Shown: positions 54,206 through 64,000 of the stretch, piece by piece
Position numbering within the stretch: the first letter of the stretch is position 1
Layout: every line of letters begins with the position of its first letter
Position numbers and translations under genes: made by a program
Assembly: GCA_965247115.1 (NCBI GenBank)
Contig: CBDFGR010000002.1
Coordinates: 576,001-640,000, forward strand
DNA: 64,000 nucleotides
Direction: 5' to 3'
Source: Myxococcota bacterium
Lineage (GTDB): Bacteria; Myxococcota_A; UBA9160; SZUA-336
Notes under the pieces: model-generated
What the model saw: only the letters and a program-made list of their open reading frames with translations
Databases searched by the model: none
Told to the model about the DNA's origin: nothing

Positions 54206-55339
54206 ATGGACAGCATGGAACCAGTGAGCAGACTGAACGGGGCCCCTGCAGAGGGCGAACCCCTCGCAGCGGAGAAGCTCGAGCGAATCGACTACTTCGA
54301 AGATCTGCGCGAGCGCTACGTTTCGTTCGACGGGCTAGGCTCCCGCTGGCTCCCGAAGGACCCGGACTCGCTGTCCCTCGACAAGCCGGCATACCTCAGG
54401 CTGCATCACCTCATGTCGCTCACGCGCGCCGTCGAGGAGACGCTGGACTCCGCGTTTCGGGCCGGACACGTCCCCGGAACGGCATTCTTCGGCCGAGGAA
54501 ACGAGGCCGCGAGCGTAGGCGGGGCCTTCTGCCTGCGCGACGACGAGTGGCTCGTACCCATGCATCGCAACTGCGGCGCCCACCTCGCCAAGGGCCACCC
54601 ACCCGAGAGCATCATGGCGCAGTTCTTTGGCCGCGTGGACTCCCCTAGCGCGGGTCGCGAGGGAAACCTCCACCTGGGCTATCGCCCAAAGAAGATCACA
54701 CAGCTGATCAGCCACATCGGCACCATGGTGCCGATCGCGGCGGGGCTGGCCCTGGCCACCAGGTCGAAGGGCCCGGGCTCGGCAGTCCTCACGTACATCG
54801 GAGACGGTGGGACGAGCACCGGGGACTTCCACGAGGGGCTCAACTTCGCTGCCGTGCGCCGCCTCCCCCTGGTCGTCGTGATCGACAACAACCAGTACGC
54901 ATACAAGACGGCGCCGTCGGAGCAGTACGCGTCCCCGACCCTGGCCCAGAAGGCGCCAGGCTACGGGATTCCGGGCTACCTGATCGACGGCACCGACCTG
55001 AGGCTCGTCCTACAGGTGTGCGGACGGGCGCTGGAGCGCGCCCGCGCGGGCGAGGGCGCGACCCTGATCGAGAGCGTCACGATGCGGACCGTCGGGCATT
55101 CCGTCTACGACAAGTTCAAGGATTACGTCGATCTCGAGAACCTGAAGCGCTGGGTGGAGCAGCGGGACCCGATTCGTCTCTTCGACCAGGTGCTGCTCGA
55201 TCATGCCATCGCGACCGAGGAGGAGCTCCGCGCCTCGCACGAGCGCGCGCGCGAGCAGGCCGAGTCCGCACGTGATACGGCGCTGCAGAGTCCGTTCCCC
55301 ACTCCGGAGAGCGTGACCGAGGGCGTCTACGCCGAGTGA
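54206..55339 (+). CDS. 2-oxoacid dehydrogenase E1 alpha (TPP-dependent)
   Basis: GNEA, HR, GDGGTSTGDFHEGLNFA...NNQYA, R..GH, RDPI. Confidence 0.93.
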   Translation: MDSMEPVSRLNGAPAEGEPLAAEKLERIDYFEDLRERYVSFDGLGSRWLPKDPDSLSLDKPAYLRLHHLMSLTRAVEETLDSAFRAGHVPGTAFFGRGNEAASVGGAFCLRDDEWLVPMHRNCGAHLAKGHPPESIMAQFFGRVDSPSAGREGNLHLGYRPKKITQLISHIGTMVPIAAGLALATRSKGPGSAVLTYIGDGGTSTGDFHEGLNFAAVRRLPLVVVIDNNQYAYKTAPSEQYASPTLAQKAPGYGIPGYLIDGTDLRLVLQVCGRALERARAGEGATLIESVTMRTVGHSVYDKFKDYVDLENLKRWVEQRDPIRLFDQVLLDHAIATEEELRASHERAREQAESARDTALQSPFPTPESVTEGVYAE

Positions 55340-55343
55340 GCCG

Positions 55344-56342
55344 ATGAGCCAACCCACGTATCGCGAAGCGATCAGTACCGCCCTCTGGGAAGAGATGGAG
55401 CGGGATCCGAGTGTGTTCCTGATCGGCGAAGATATTGGCGTCGGTGGGGGCGCCTTCTACATCACAAAGGGATTCCAGAAGCACTTCGGACCCGAACGCG
55501 TCATCGACGCGCCGCTCTCGGAGGCGGGATTTACGGGTGCCGCGATCGGCGCTGCTCTCGACGGAATGCGCCCCGTCGTGGAGTTCCAGTTCGCCGACTT
55601 CGTGACCGAGACATTCAAGATGATCGTCGACTTCGCAGCGGGCAATCACTACCGCATGATGGGACCCGTGCCGCTGGTCCTTCGCCTTCCGGCAGCCGCT
55701 CTCGCCAGTGCTGGTCCGTTCCACAGCGTGAACCCAGAGCCCTGGTTCTTCGGCACACCCGGCCTGAAGATCGTTGCGCCCACAACGGCGTACGACGCCA
55801 AGGGCATGCTCAAGGCCGCGATCCGCGACGAGAACCCGGTCGTGTACATCGAGTACAAGAAGCTCTACAACTACCCGCTCGCAGAGCTCCCTCTAGTGTT
55901 GAGGCCCGAGGTGCCCGCCGAGGACTACGTTGTTCCCTTCGGCGAGGCAAGGATCCTGCGCCCGGGCGAAGATGTGTCGCTGGTTACCTTCGGGACGACA
56001 GTACTCGAAGCCCTCGAGGCAGCGGAGATCCTCGCCGGCGAGGGCGTATCGGTCGAGGTCCTGGATATGCGTTCGCTTGTCCCCTACGACCACGCAGCCT
56101 TGCTCGAGACGGTACGCAAGACGGGCAGGCTTCTCATCTTGCACGAGGCCCGCAAGCGCGGGGGCATCGGCGCCGAGTTCGCCACGATCGTCGCCGAAGA
56201 GGCGTTCGAGGAGCTCGACGCGCCGATTCGACGCGTCACCGCGATCGATACGCCCGTCCCCTTCAGCCCCCCTCTCGAGAAGGCCTACCTTCCAAACTCG
56301 GATCAGGTCGTTCAGGCGTTGCGCGATCTGGCCGCGTATTGA
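55344..56342 (+). CDS. 2-oxoacid dehydrogenase E1 beta
   Basis: GEDIG, DAPLSE, EFQFADF, FHS, VLDMRSL.P. Confidence 0.93.
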   Translation: MSQPTYREAISTALWEEMERDPSVFLIGEDIGVGGGAFYITKGFQKHFGPERVIDAPLSEAGFTGAAIGAALDGMRPVVEFQFADFVTETFKMIVDFAAGNHYRMMGPVPLVLRLPAAALASAGPFHSVNPEPWFFGTPGLKIVAPTTAYDAKGMLKAAIRDENPVVYIEYKKLYNYPLAELPLVLRPEVPAEDYVVPFGEARILRPGEDVSLVTFGTTVLEALEAAEILAGEGVSVEVLDMRSLVPYDHAALLETVRKTGRLLILHEARKRGGIGAEFATIVAEEAFEELDAPIRRVTAIDTPVPFSPPLEKAYLPNSDQVVQALRDLAAY

Positions 56343-56356
56343 GCTGAGCGCCGCTC

Positions 56357-57724
56357 GTGAACGTCGCCCGGATTCGGATGCCGCGAATGGGATCGGGGGT
56401 GCATGAGGGCACGGTCGTCGAGTGGAAGAAGAGCGCCGGAGACGCAATCAGTAAGGGCGAGGTCCTGCTTGCCGCCGAGAGCGAGAAGGTGGACTTCGAG
56501 ATCGAAAGCCCCGCCGACGGAGTGCTCACCCGAATTCTGATCGAGGCGGGGACCGAGGTGCCTGTCGGGGAGATCCTGGGACTGCTGGAGACGGAGGCGG
56601 TCGTCCCGGACGCGACCCCGGAGCTCGAGCTCAGCGACTCGCCGCCGGAGCCGGGCGACGCTCGCCCCACGGCGCCGCCGAAGTCGGACGAGTGGGTGGC
56701 GCCGATCGCGCCTCTGCCTCCCCGGGAGGCGCGCTCGGCTCCGACGCGTGCCGCGAGTACCGCGGCTACCGGGCGCTCACGCTCTCGGCCGACCCGACTC
56801 TCGCCACGCGCGCGCCGGCTGCTGGAGGAGCACGGTCTCTCAGAGGACAGCGTCGCCCGCATCCCCGGGACCGGCGCGGGCGGTCGCGTGACGGCGCGCG
56901 ATGTCGAGGCGTTCGCGCACGACACGGCCGCCCAGCTCCCGGGCGCGCCGCTCGCAACGAAAGCCGGCACTGCTACACAGATCCCCGTCGTGTTCCGCCC
57001 GCTAGCCGAGGGGGAGCCTCTGGAGACTCGCGTGGCGCACGGACCGGTGCGGCGTCGCATCGCCGAACGGCTCAGCCAGTCGGCTCGAGAGATTCCGCAG
57101 GTCACCAACCACGTGGACGTCGACCTGGCAGCCATCGCCACCTGGCGGCAGCTGCACAAGGACCGCTTCCGGCGCCGGCACGCAGCCCCGCTCACCTACA
57201 CCCCGTTCTTCGCACTCGCCATCATTGCCGCCTTGCGGGACCCCGCTCATGCGAGGTTCAACGGCACCTACGAGGAAGACGCTGTCGTCGTAAAGCGCTT
57301 CCTCAACCTGGGGGTCGCCGTAGACGCCCCCCAAGGTCTGGTCGTGCCGGTGCTGCGCGGAGCGGACCAGCTCGATTTCGTCGAGCTGGTCCAAGGCCTC
57401 GAGGACCTGACCTCGCGCGCACGGGCCGGCAAGCTCTATCCCGGCGAGATGCGGGAGGGCACCATCTCGCTCAGCAACTTCGGCGTTGCCGGCGTCGTCT
57501 CGGCAAACCCGCTGATCAACCCTCCCCAGCTCGCCATCGTCGGCACGGGAGCTGTGGTTTCCCGAGTCGTGGCGCTGCCTGGAGACACCATCGGAATCCG
57601 CCCCGTGCTACAGCTGTGCGTGACCTTCGACCATCGGGCCAATGACGGGGGCGCAGCCGGTCGCTTCACCTCGGCGGTGGGCGCCGCACTGGAACACATG
57701 GACCTGACGCACCTGCACTACTGA
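56357..57724 (+). CDS. Dihydrolipoamide acyltransferase E2
   Basis: Lipoyl ESEKV, E3-binding SPRARRL..GTGAGGRVT, FDHRANDG. Confidence 0.93.
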   Translation: MNVARIRMPRMGSGVHEGTVVEWKKSAGDAISKGEVLLAAESEKVDFEIESPADGVLTRILIEAGTEVPVGEILGLLETEAVVPDATPELELSDSPPEPGDARPTAPPKSDEWVAPIAPLPPREARSAPTRAASTAATGRSRSRPTRLSPRARRLLEEHGLSEDSVARIPGTGAGGRVTARDVEAFAHDTAAQLPGAPLATKAGTATQIPVVFRPLAEGEPLETRVAHGPVRRRIAERLSQSAREIPQVTNHVDVDLAAIATWRQLHKDRFRRRHAAPLTYTPFFALAIIAALRDPAHARFNGTYEEDAVVVKRFLNLGVAVDAPQGLVVPVLRGADQLDFVELVQGLEDLTSRARAGKLYPGEMREGTISLSNFGVAGVVSANPLINPPQLAIVGTGAVVSRVVALPGDTIGIRPVLQLCVTFDHRANDGGAAGRFTSAVGAALEHMDLTHLHY

Positions 57725-58926
57725 GCGGCTTCGGAGAGGACTCCGCGGTCGAGGCGCACGGCGACAGGCAGCGTGACGAGCAAACCCAGAAGCCCTGAGA
57801 CGAGGACGGCCCAGCCAAGGCTCGAGTACCCCCAATTCTGCGCCAGGAGCCCCATCGTTCCCGGACCCATGGCGCCACCGACCGTGCGACAGGTGATGGC
57901 GAGCGAGCTCCAGCGACCGAGCGGGTCGAGCGCGGCGAGACACCCGATCGCGTAGGGCAGCGTGAAGAAGGTCGCGGTTGCCCAGATCGGCAACAAGACG
58001 ATGAACACCGTCGGGTTCTCCGTGCGCGCCATGCCCATGCCCGCCAGCACGATCACGGTAATGCCGAACACGAACGGGCGCGTCCGGCCAAAGCGAGTGC
58101 TGAGCCACGCCGCCAGGCCTGCGCCCCCACTGCTCAACAGGGTTGCCAGGCCCAGCGCCTGGCCGATCGCCGGCAGGGAGAGACCCATCCGAGTCCCGAG
58201 GCGCTCTGTCCAGACGTAGAGCCCCACCTCTTCGCCCCCGAGTAGCAGCACGCCGAGAAGCACCGGAATGGCCAGGACCGCTCGCGGCGCGTCGCGGAGG
58301 CTGGTCTTCGCCTCTGTCTCCTTCCCGACGGGCGGCGGCGGGAGCCACGAGAGGAGCGGGAACGCGAGCAGGCAGATCCCGGCCAGCACGGCGTAGGCAC
58401 CGTGATAGCTCCAGGCCTCGATCGCGTAGGGCTCCAGGGCGAGCAGTACCGCGCAGAAAGGCGTCGCGATGATCAGGAACAGCGCGAACAGCCGATCCGG
58501 CTCGCGCGCGGCCGCGATGGCAGCGTAGCCGGCGGCGTAGAGCATCCCAACGCCGGCTCCGATCGTGACGAAGGCAACGAGGAGCACCTCGAACGACTGC
58601 GCCGCGATCGCGATCACGTCTCCCAGAAGAGCCACGGCGGCGCCGGCGCGCGCGAGGGCCACGCGGGAGATCCGGCCAACACGCGACGAGAGAAAGAGGG
58701 AGACACCCGCGATCGCGGCGAGCTCGAGAGTTCCGATCAGCCCCGTCTGGCCCGGCGTCAGGTTGAGCTCGTCCACGATCGCACCCAGGATCAACGGGAG
58801 GGAGCTGTTCGTGCAGAAGCCGACGCCGAGCGCAGCCACGACCGAGGTGACCACGCGCACGTCGATCCCGTGACCCGGGGCCGAGGGTTGCCCGTTCGAG
58901 GACGCGATTTCGGGCCCTGCGCTCAC
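57718..58926 (-). CDS. MFS transporter
   Basis: GTG 58926; about 12 TM segments; shares VV.SVVAALG, PDR.FALF, LAALDP.GRWS with 47383..48585. Confidence 0.85.
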   Translation of the reverse strand: MSAGPEIASSNGQPSAPGHGIDVRVVTSVVAALGVGFCTNSSLPLILGAIVDELNLTPGQTGLIGTLELAAIAGVSLFLSSRVGRISRVALARAGAAVALLGDVIAIAAQSFEVLLVAFVTIGAGVGMLYAAGYAAIAAAREPDRLFALFLIIATPFCAVLLALEPYAIEAWSYHGAYAVLAGICLLAFPLLSWLPPPPVGKETEAKTSLRDAPRAVLAIPVLLGVLLLGGEEVGLYVWTERLGTRMGLSLPAIGQALGLATLLSSGGAGLAAWLSTRFGRTRPFVFGITVIVLAGMGMARTENPTVFIVLLPIWATATFFTLPYAIGCLAALDPLGRWSSLAITCRTVGGAMGPGTMGLLAQNWGYSSLGWAVLVSGLLGLLVTLPVAVRLDRGVLSEAAQ

Positions 58927-58945
58927 GCTCGCTCGCGCTCGGCGC

Positions 58946-59263
58946 TCAGTGGTCCGCGACGACTTCGTAGAAGTGCGTGTCGTTGCTTTCGAAGTACCTG
59001 CCGATGGAGGCGGGGAGCCGCTCGCCGGGCTTCGGAGGCCCGTGGTTCCGCTGCAGCTGCGCAACGTGAGCGTCGAGGGCTGCCTCATCCGTCCACTGCT
59101 CGTAGACCACGAAATCGCGCGGATTGTCGACGTCGCGCAGATAGGCATAGGCAATGCAGCCCTTGTCCTCCGCGTGGGTCGTGCGGGTGATGCGCTCCGC
59201 GAGCTTCGCGTACTCTTCCTCCATGCCCTCGTTGATGCGGAGTTTCACGACGATCGTTAGCAT
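58946..59263 (-). CDS. ABM/putative quinol monooxygenase family protein
   Basis: GCIAY, FVVYEQW.DEAALDAH; AGGAG RBS. Confidence 0.88.
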   Translation of the reverse strand: MLTIVVKLRINEGMEEEYAKLAERITRTTHAEDKGCIAYAYLRDVDNPRDFVVYEQWTDEAALDAHVAQLQRNHGPPKPGERLPASIGRYFESNDTHFYEVVADH

Positions 59264-59274
59264 GCTCGCTCCTT

Positions 59275-60174
59275 TCAGGCTTCGGGGGAGGCGCTCTCGA
59301 GCGCCTCGGCTATGGCGACGATGCGCCGGGCCTTCCGGGCCAGCGCGATATCAACGAAGACACCATCGACGGTGAGGGCGGCGGAGCCCTCGGCCTCGGC
59401 CGCCTTTGCGGCCGCGATGACACGGCGGCAGAACTCGACTTCCGCCGGATCCGGTCCGAACCGCTGATTGGCGACCGGAACCTGGTCCGGATGCAGGCAG
59501 AGCTTCCCCTGGAAGCCGAGGAGTCGCGCCCGCTCGCAATCCGCCAGGAAGCCCTCGGCGTCGCGCACCTCGAGGTAGGGGCCGTCGATGGGTCGCTCGC
59601 AGCTCGCGGCGCGCGCATCGAGAATCAGCTTGGCCCGCGCGTAGGCGAGCTCCTCGCCGCTGCGCGACCAGCGAATCGTGAGCAGATCCAGCTCACGGGT
59701 GAGATCACCGCTTCCCAGCACCAGCGTGCGCACCCGCGGACTCGCCGCCGCGATCTCGGCGCCACACACGATTCCCCCCGGCGTCTCGACGAGTGGAAGG
59801 ATCGAAACCGGCCCGGCCAGGTCGCGCTCGCCCTCGAGCTCGGAAAGCCGTCCCGCGAGCTCGACGACCGACTGCGGACTGGCCTTTGGCAACATGACCG
59901 CATCCAGGCCGGGGGCGGCGACCGCGTCCAGGTCTTCCTTCCACAACCCGGTCTCCAGTGCCTGGATCCGCACGCAGGTCAGCGGCACCTGGACCTCGGC
60001 GAGTGCGTCGCGCACGATTGCGCGCGCGCGCGCCTTCTCGCGCGCTGGAACCGCGTCCTCGAGATCGAGCACGACGGCGTCGGCGCCGGACCGAGCCGCC
60101 TTCCCGATCCGGTCGGGCCGGTTGCCCGGGACGAACAGCACCGAGCGCAGGAGCGGGATCGGGCGGTCCGTCAT
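59275..60174 (-). CDS. CitE/HpcH aldolase-citrate lyase family (acyl-CoA lyase)
   Basis: RSVLFVPG, LDLEDAV, VMLPK, LVET, GFQGKLCLHPDQ. Confidence 0.92.
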   Translation of the reverse strand: MTDRPIPLLRSVLFVPGNRPDRIGKAARSGADAVVLDLEDAVPAREKARARAIVRDALAEVQVPLTCVRIQALETGLWKEDLDAVAAPGLDAVMLPKASPQSVVELAGRLSELEGERDLAGPVSILPLVETPGGIVCGAEIAAASPRVRTLVLGSGDLTRELDLLTIRWSRSGEELAYARAKLILDARAASCERPIDGPYLEVRDAEGFLADCERARLLGFQGKLCLHPDQVPVANQRFGPDPAEVEFCRRVIAAAKAAEAEGSAALTVDGVFVDIALARKARRIVAIAEALESASPEA

Positions 60175-61205
60175 TGACCCGCCCGCAACGCTGGCAGGAC
60201 CTCCGCCGAGAGCAGCTTCAGCGACTCCATGGCTGCCTGCGCCGGCATCCCGACCCAGTCGGTTCGAAACACGAAGTGGTTGATCCCGAGCTCATCGCGC
60301 CAGAACCGGAGCTGAGTCAGGCAGTCCTCGGGCGAGCCCAGAATGAAGCGGTCGCGCGCGAGCTCATCGAACGGGACCCGGAACGACGTGCGACCCGGTA
60401 GGGCGCGATCCTGACCCCAGTCCGCATAGGCTCGGTATTTGCGTTCGAGGTGCGGGCGAACCCGGGCGACCGCCTGGGCCCGCGTGGGAGCGCAGTGGAT
60501 CTCGCGAAGCGCGGGTCGCGCGTCGGGAGGAGGCAGTCCGGCAGCGGCGCGCGCCGAGTCGAAGAGCCCGAGCTGCCGCTGGATCGTTGCCACGGTCGCG
60601 TGCGGGTTCGCCAGCCACGCGTCGCTCAGGCGCGCGGCGCGCTCCACTGCGGCGTCGGCGTTCGCGGCCATCCAGATCGGTGGTCGCGGCTTCTGCACGG
60701 GACGGGCAAGCAGGGTTGCGCCCTCCAACCGGCACCCTGGCAGGTCGGCGTCGACCCGCTCTTCAGTCCAGAGGCGCTTCACCAGCTCCAGATTCTGCTC
60801 GAAGCGCCTCACGCGCTCGCCCTTGCCCAGACCGAACGCGTCGAACTCCGCTTCGCGGTAGCCCAGCCCGACTCCGAACACCAGGCGCCCACCGCTGATG
60901 ATGTCGAGCGACGCGAAGAGCTCCGCAACTTCCACCGGATTGTGCAGGGCGAGGAGAAGCACGCCCATTCCGACGCGCATCGAGCCCGACTCGGCCGCCA
61001 GGCGTGCCAGGAAGGGGACGGGCTGCAGCATTGCCAGCGAGTCGGTCAGGTAGTGTTGCCCGGCCCACACGGAGTCCCAGCCCATATCGCCGACGAGGCG
61101 GACCAGAGCTAGCTGCTCGCCGAGTGCGGCAACCAGGTCTGTGCCCGGGGGCTGTTGATTGGTCAGGAACAGCCCGACCCGGATCTCACCCCGGGTGGGG
61201 TTCAC
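60171..61205 (-). CDS. LLM-class flavin-dependent oxidoreductase
   Basis: WAGQHY, NPVEVAE..ASLD..SGGRL..GVGLGY, RPVQKPRPPIW. Confidence 0.9.
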   Translation of the reverse strand: MNPTRGEIRVGLFLTNQQPPGTDLVAALGEQLALVRLVGDMGWDSVWAGQHYLTDSLAMLQPVPFLARLAAESGSMRVGMGVLLLALHNPVEVAELFASLDIISGGRLVFGVGLGYREAEFDAFGLGKGERVRRFEQNLELVKRLWTEERVDADLPGCRLEGATLLARPVQKPRPPIWMAANADAAVERAARLSDAWLANPHATVATIQRQLGLFDSARAAAGLPPPDARPALREIHCAPTRAQAVARVRPHLERKYRAYADWGQDRALPGRTSFRVPFDELARDRFILGSPEDCLTQLRFWRDELGINHFVFRTDWVGMPAQAAMESLKLLSAEVLPALRAGQ

Positions 61206-62414
61206 CTAGACGTCGCCTCTTTCGCGCAGCTGGGCGATCTCGTGGGCCGAGAGGCCCAGGAGCTCGTGCAGCACCGCATCGGTGTCGGCGCCGAGTGCTG
61301 GTGCAGAGGACCTGGGACTCGGCTCGGTATCGGACAGGCGCAGAGGCGACCCGATCTCGCGCAGGACACCGAGCTTTGGATGTTCGACCTCCCACAGCAG
61401 GTCGAGCTCCTCGAGCGCGGGATGGGCGAGCGCCTCGCCCAGCTCGTAGACGGGCGCGCACGGAACACGCCCACGCAGGCGCTCGATCCACTCGTCGGTC
61501 GTACGCTCACGAAGCGCGTCGGACAGGAGGGCGATCAGCTCGTCGCGGTGGCGCAGGCGGCCCTGCATATCGCGAAAGCGCGGATCCGCTGGCACGTCGG
61601 GAAGCCCGAGAGCCTCACAGAGGGGCGGGAAGAAGCTGTCCTTCATGCACATGATCAAGATGCAGCTATCCCGCGTCTGGAAGTTCTGGGCCGGTACCGC
61701 CGTCTGATGCGCGGCGTTCGGAAGCTTTTCCGGTACGAAGCCCAGGTTCAAATTCCAGGCGGCGAGGTAGTTGAGCATGGAAAGCGCGCCGGCGTAGAGC
61801 GAGGTCTCCACGTCCCCGCCGCGGCCCGTCGAGCGGGCTCGCTGCAGGGCCGCGAGGAGGCCGACGATCGAGATCAGACCGGAAGCGAAGTCGATCACCG
61901 AGACAGCGCAGCGCGTCGGGGGGGCATCGGGCTCCCCGGTGAGCGCCATGTAGCCCGTCATCGCCTGGATCAGATAGTCGTAGCCAGGCTCCGCGGCGTG
62001 GCTTGACTGCGTCCCGAAGGCGGAACAGGAAGCACACACGATTTGCGCATTCACGGATCCCAGAGCCTGGTAGTCGAGGCCGAGCTTGCGAGGCTGGTCT
62101 CCGCGCAGGTTGTTGTAGATGGCGTGGGAGACGCGCACCAGCCCGTGGAGGATCTCCTGGCCCCCAGGTGAGCGCAGGTTGAGCGTGATCGAGCGCTTGT
62201 TCCGGTTCATCGACTGGAAGTAGACCGAGTCGTTCTCGACCCCGTCCGAGAGCGGAGGCACACCACGCGCCGCGTCGCCTCCCGTTGGGTGCTCGATCTT
62301 GATCACCTCGGCGCCCAGCTCGGCCAGCTGCATGGTGGCCCAGGGACCTGCGCCGAACGAGGAGGCCGTCAGGATGCGAACGTCCGCGAGCGGGAGGGGC
62401 GCGAGCTCGCTCAT
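61206..62414 (-). CDS. Family III CoA-transferase
   Basis: GAGP, GAEVIKIE, NRNKRSITLNL, PGYD, SVIDFASG, APALGADT. Confidence 0.92.
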   Translation of the reverse strand: MSELAPLPLADVRILTASSFGAGPWATMQLAELGAEVIKIEHPTGGDAARGVPPLSDGVENDSVYFQSMNRNKRSITLNLRSPGGQEILHGLVRVSHAIYNNLRGDQPRKLGLDYQALGSVNAQIVCASCSAFGTQSSHAAEPGYDYLIQAMTGYMALTGEPDAPPTRCAVSVIDFASGLISIVGLLAALQRARSTGRGGDVETSLYAGALSMLNYLAAWNLNLGFVPEKLPNAAHQTAVPAQNFQTRDSCILIMCMKDSFFPPLCEALGLPDVPADPRFRDMQGRLRHRDELIALLSDALRERTTDEWIERLRGRVPCAPVYELGEALAHPALEELDLLWEVEHPKLGVLREIGSPLRLSDTEPSPRSSAPALGADTDAVLHELLGLSAHEIAQLRERGDV

Positions 62415-62441
62415 TGGTGAACCTCTTCGACCCGCGATGAC

Positions 62442-63245
62442 CTAGCCGAACGCCCGGAGGAACTCGATCATCGCGCGACTGGTCGCCTCTGGCTGCTCGT
62501 AGGGGTAATAGTGGCCACAGTTCGGGATGATCCTGAGAAGGGAGTTCGGGAGCGCCGCGTGCAGGTCTCGGGACATCTGCAGCGGTGTGCGACCATCGGC
62601 GTCGCCGCAAAGTACGAGCGTGGGACATTCGATCTTGGCCAGGTCGGTCTCGCTGATCGGCCCCGCCACCGCCCGGACCATCTCCGCGTAGCTCGTCGGC
62701 TCATTGCGGAGCAATGTCTGCCTGAGCTTCTCCAGCGCCTCCGGATTGTGCTGGACGGTGTAAGGGCTGTGCGCGGCCTTCGTGAACTCCCAGGTCTTCT
62801 CGATGATCTCCTCGATGGGAGCCCCACTCTCCGCGAGCTGCTGCCTCAGCTCGAAGCCGCTGCGGTCCGTCGGCACCGGGCGCGGTCCCGCCGCTCCCAT
62901 CGCGACCAGGGCCCGCGTTCGGCCCGGATTCTGCGCCGCGAAACGCGTGATGATGGCGCCGCCCAGCGACCAGCCCGCGAGCGCGGCCTCGTGCAGATCG
63001 AAGCCCTCCAGAAAGCCCCGCAGGTCGTCCACCCAGAGCTGCTGCGAGAGCGGCGGCTCCGGCGGGCGGACCGTCTGGCCGAAGCCGCGCAGGTCCATGG
63101 CATAGACGGTGAAGTGCGGCGTGAGCCGCGGAACCAGCCACTCCCACGCGAGCGAGTCAACACCCCCCCCGTGCACCAGCACGAGCGGCGGCCCCTGGCC
63201 ATTTACCTCGAAGAAGATCTCCAGGTCTCCAATCGATCTGAACAC
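62442..63245 (-). CDS. Alpha/beta hydrolase (paralog B)
   Basis: GTG 63245 with GGAGG RBS; LVHGGG, DLRGFG, GWSLGG, GDADGRTP, CGHY. Confidence 0.9.
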   Translation of the reverse strand: MFRSIGDLEIFFEVNGQGPPLVLVHGGGVDSLAWEWLVPRLTPHFTVYAMDLRGFGQTVRPPEPPLSQQLWVDDLRGFLEGFDLHEAALAGWSLGGAIITRFAAQNPGRTRALVAMGAAGPRPVPTDRSGFELRQQLAESGAPIEEIIEKTWEFTKAAHSPYTVQHNPEALEKLRQTLLRNEPTSYAEMVRAVAGPISETDLAKIECPTLVLCGDADGRTPLQMSRDLHAALPNSLLRIIPNCGHYYPYEQPEATSRAMIEFLRAFG

Positions 63246-63255
63246 GCTACCTCCC

Positions 63256-64000
63256 TCAGCGAAACGCCGTGACGAAGGTGATGATCGACCGGCTCGTCGC
63301 CTCGGGCTGCTCGCGGGCGTAGTTATGGCCACAGTCGGCGATGATCCTGAGGTAGGAGTTGGGAAGAGCCTTGTGCAGGTTCTCGGACATCTCGAGCGGA
63401 GTGCGCGAATCCGAGTCGCCGCAGATCACGAGTGACGGGCAGGTGACGGCTTTGAGCTTTCCCTCGAGGATCGCCGGATCTTCGCGGCAGCGGAGCATCT
63501 CGGCGTAGTCGGTGGGGCGGTTGCGGCTCAGCATCAGCCGAACCTTCTCCACGGCCGTGGGATTGTGCTCGAGGCTGTACTTGCTGAACGTCACTTTGGT
63601 GAACTCGAAGGTCCTCTCGACGATCTCCTCCATCGTTATGCCGCTCTCCACAAGCGCCATGCGATCTTCGAAGCCCTTGCGGTCCCAGACCCCCGTATGG
63701 GAGCCGGGCGCGCCCATCGGGATCAGGTGGGTCACCCGATCGGGATAGACCGTCGCGAAGTTCATCACAATGATGCCGCCGAGCGACCAGCCCGCGAGCG
63801 CGGCCCTCTCGATCCCGAAGCTGTCCATGAAGTTCTTGAGATCCTCGGTCCAGACGTCTGCATGCAGCTTTGGCTCCGGCGGCCGCACCGTCTTGCCGTG
63901 GCCACGCAGATCCATCGCATAGACCTGGAAGTGCCTGGCAAGGCTCGGGATGACCTCCTCCCACCAGACCGCATCCGCCCCACCGCCGTGGAGGAGCAGT
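63256..64000 (-). CDS. Alpha/beta hydrolase (paralog C); 5' end outside the window
   Basis: LLHGGGAD at the window edge, DLRGHG, GWSLGG, GDSDSRTP, CGHNY. Confidence 0.88.
   Translation of the reverse strand, partial: LLLHGGGADAVWWEEVIPSLARHFQVYAMDLRGHGKTVRPPEPKLHADVWTEDLKNFMDSFGIERAALAGWSLGGIIVMNFATVYPDRVTHLIPMGAPGSHTGVWDRKGFEDRMALVESGITMEEIVERTFEFTKVTFSKYSLEHNPTAVEKVRLMLSRNRPTDYAEMLRCREDPAILEGKLKAVTCPSLVICGDSDSRTPLEMSENLHKALPNSYLRIIADCGHNYAREQPEATSRSIITFVTAFR

Overview
GC-rich bacterial DNA, densely coding, with about 65 genes. I found no rRNA, tRNA or CRISPR array. The HNH and Y1-transposase families suggest a Myxococcota-like organism, but that is inference. Most of the window is lipid and aromatic/heterocycle catabolism. 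(i) 0-7.4 kb: a neutral-lipid/lipid-droplet cluster (HAD-IB protein, lipase, WS/DGAT, Rv0474/MLDSR-like XRE regulator plus a small helical protein, FATP-type acyl-CoA ligase). (ii) 7.4-26.7 kb: scattered oxidoreductases, hydrolases and transporters, including a DUF222-like/HNH gene bracketed by one palindrome. (iii) 26.8-30.4 kb: a small metal-response island. (iv) 31-41 kb: ADH, thiolase-like, DUF35, CoA-transferases, then PrpF, PrpB-like and TcuA-like genes. (v) A Y1 (RAYT/IS200-like) transposase. (vi) 42-64 kb: P450, amidohydrolases, FAH, a VOC dioxygenase, tandem Rieske oxygenases, 2-oxoacid dehydrogenase E1a/E1b/E2, CitE-like, LLM and repeated alpha/beta hydrolases. Best candidate for a new system: a MerR-controlled, apparently leaderless operon. 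Its membrane-protein gene (27200..27736, minus) appears to read through two in-frame UGA codons, each followed by a bacterial SECIS-like hairpin, making it a putative double-selenocysteine membrane protein that the ORF track truncates. Two genes carry single frameshifts. All product calls are motif recognition by eye; no searches were run.
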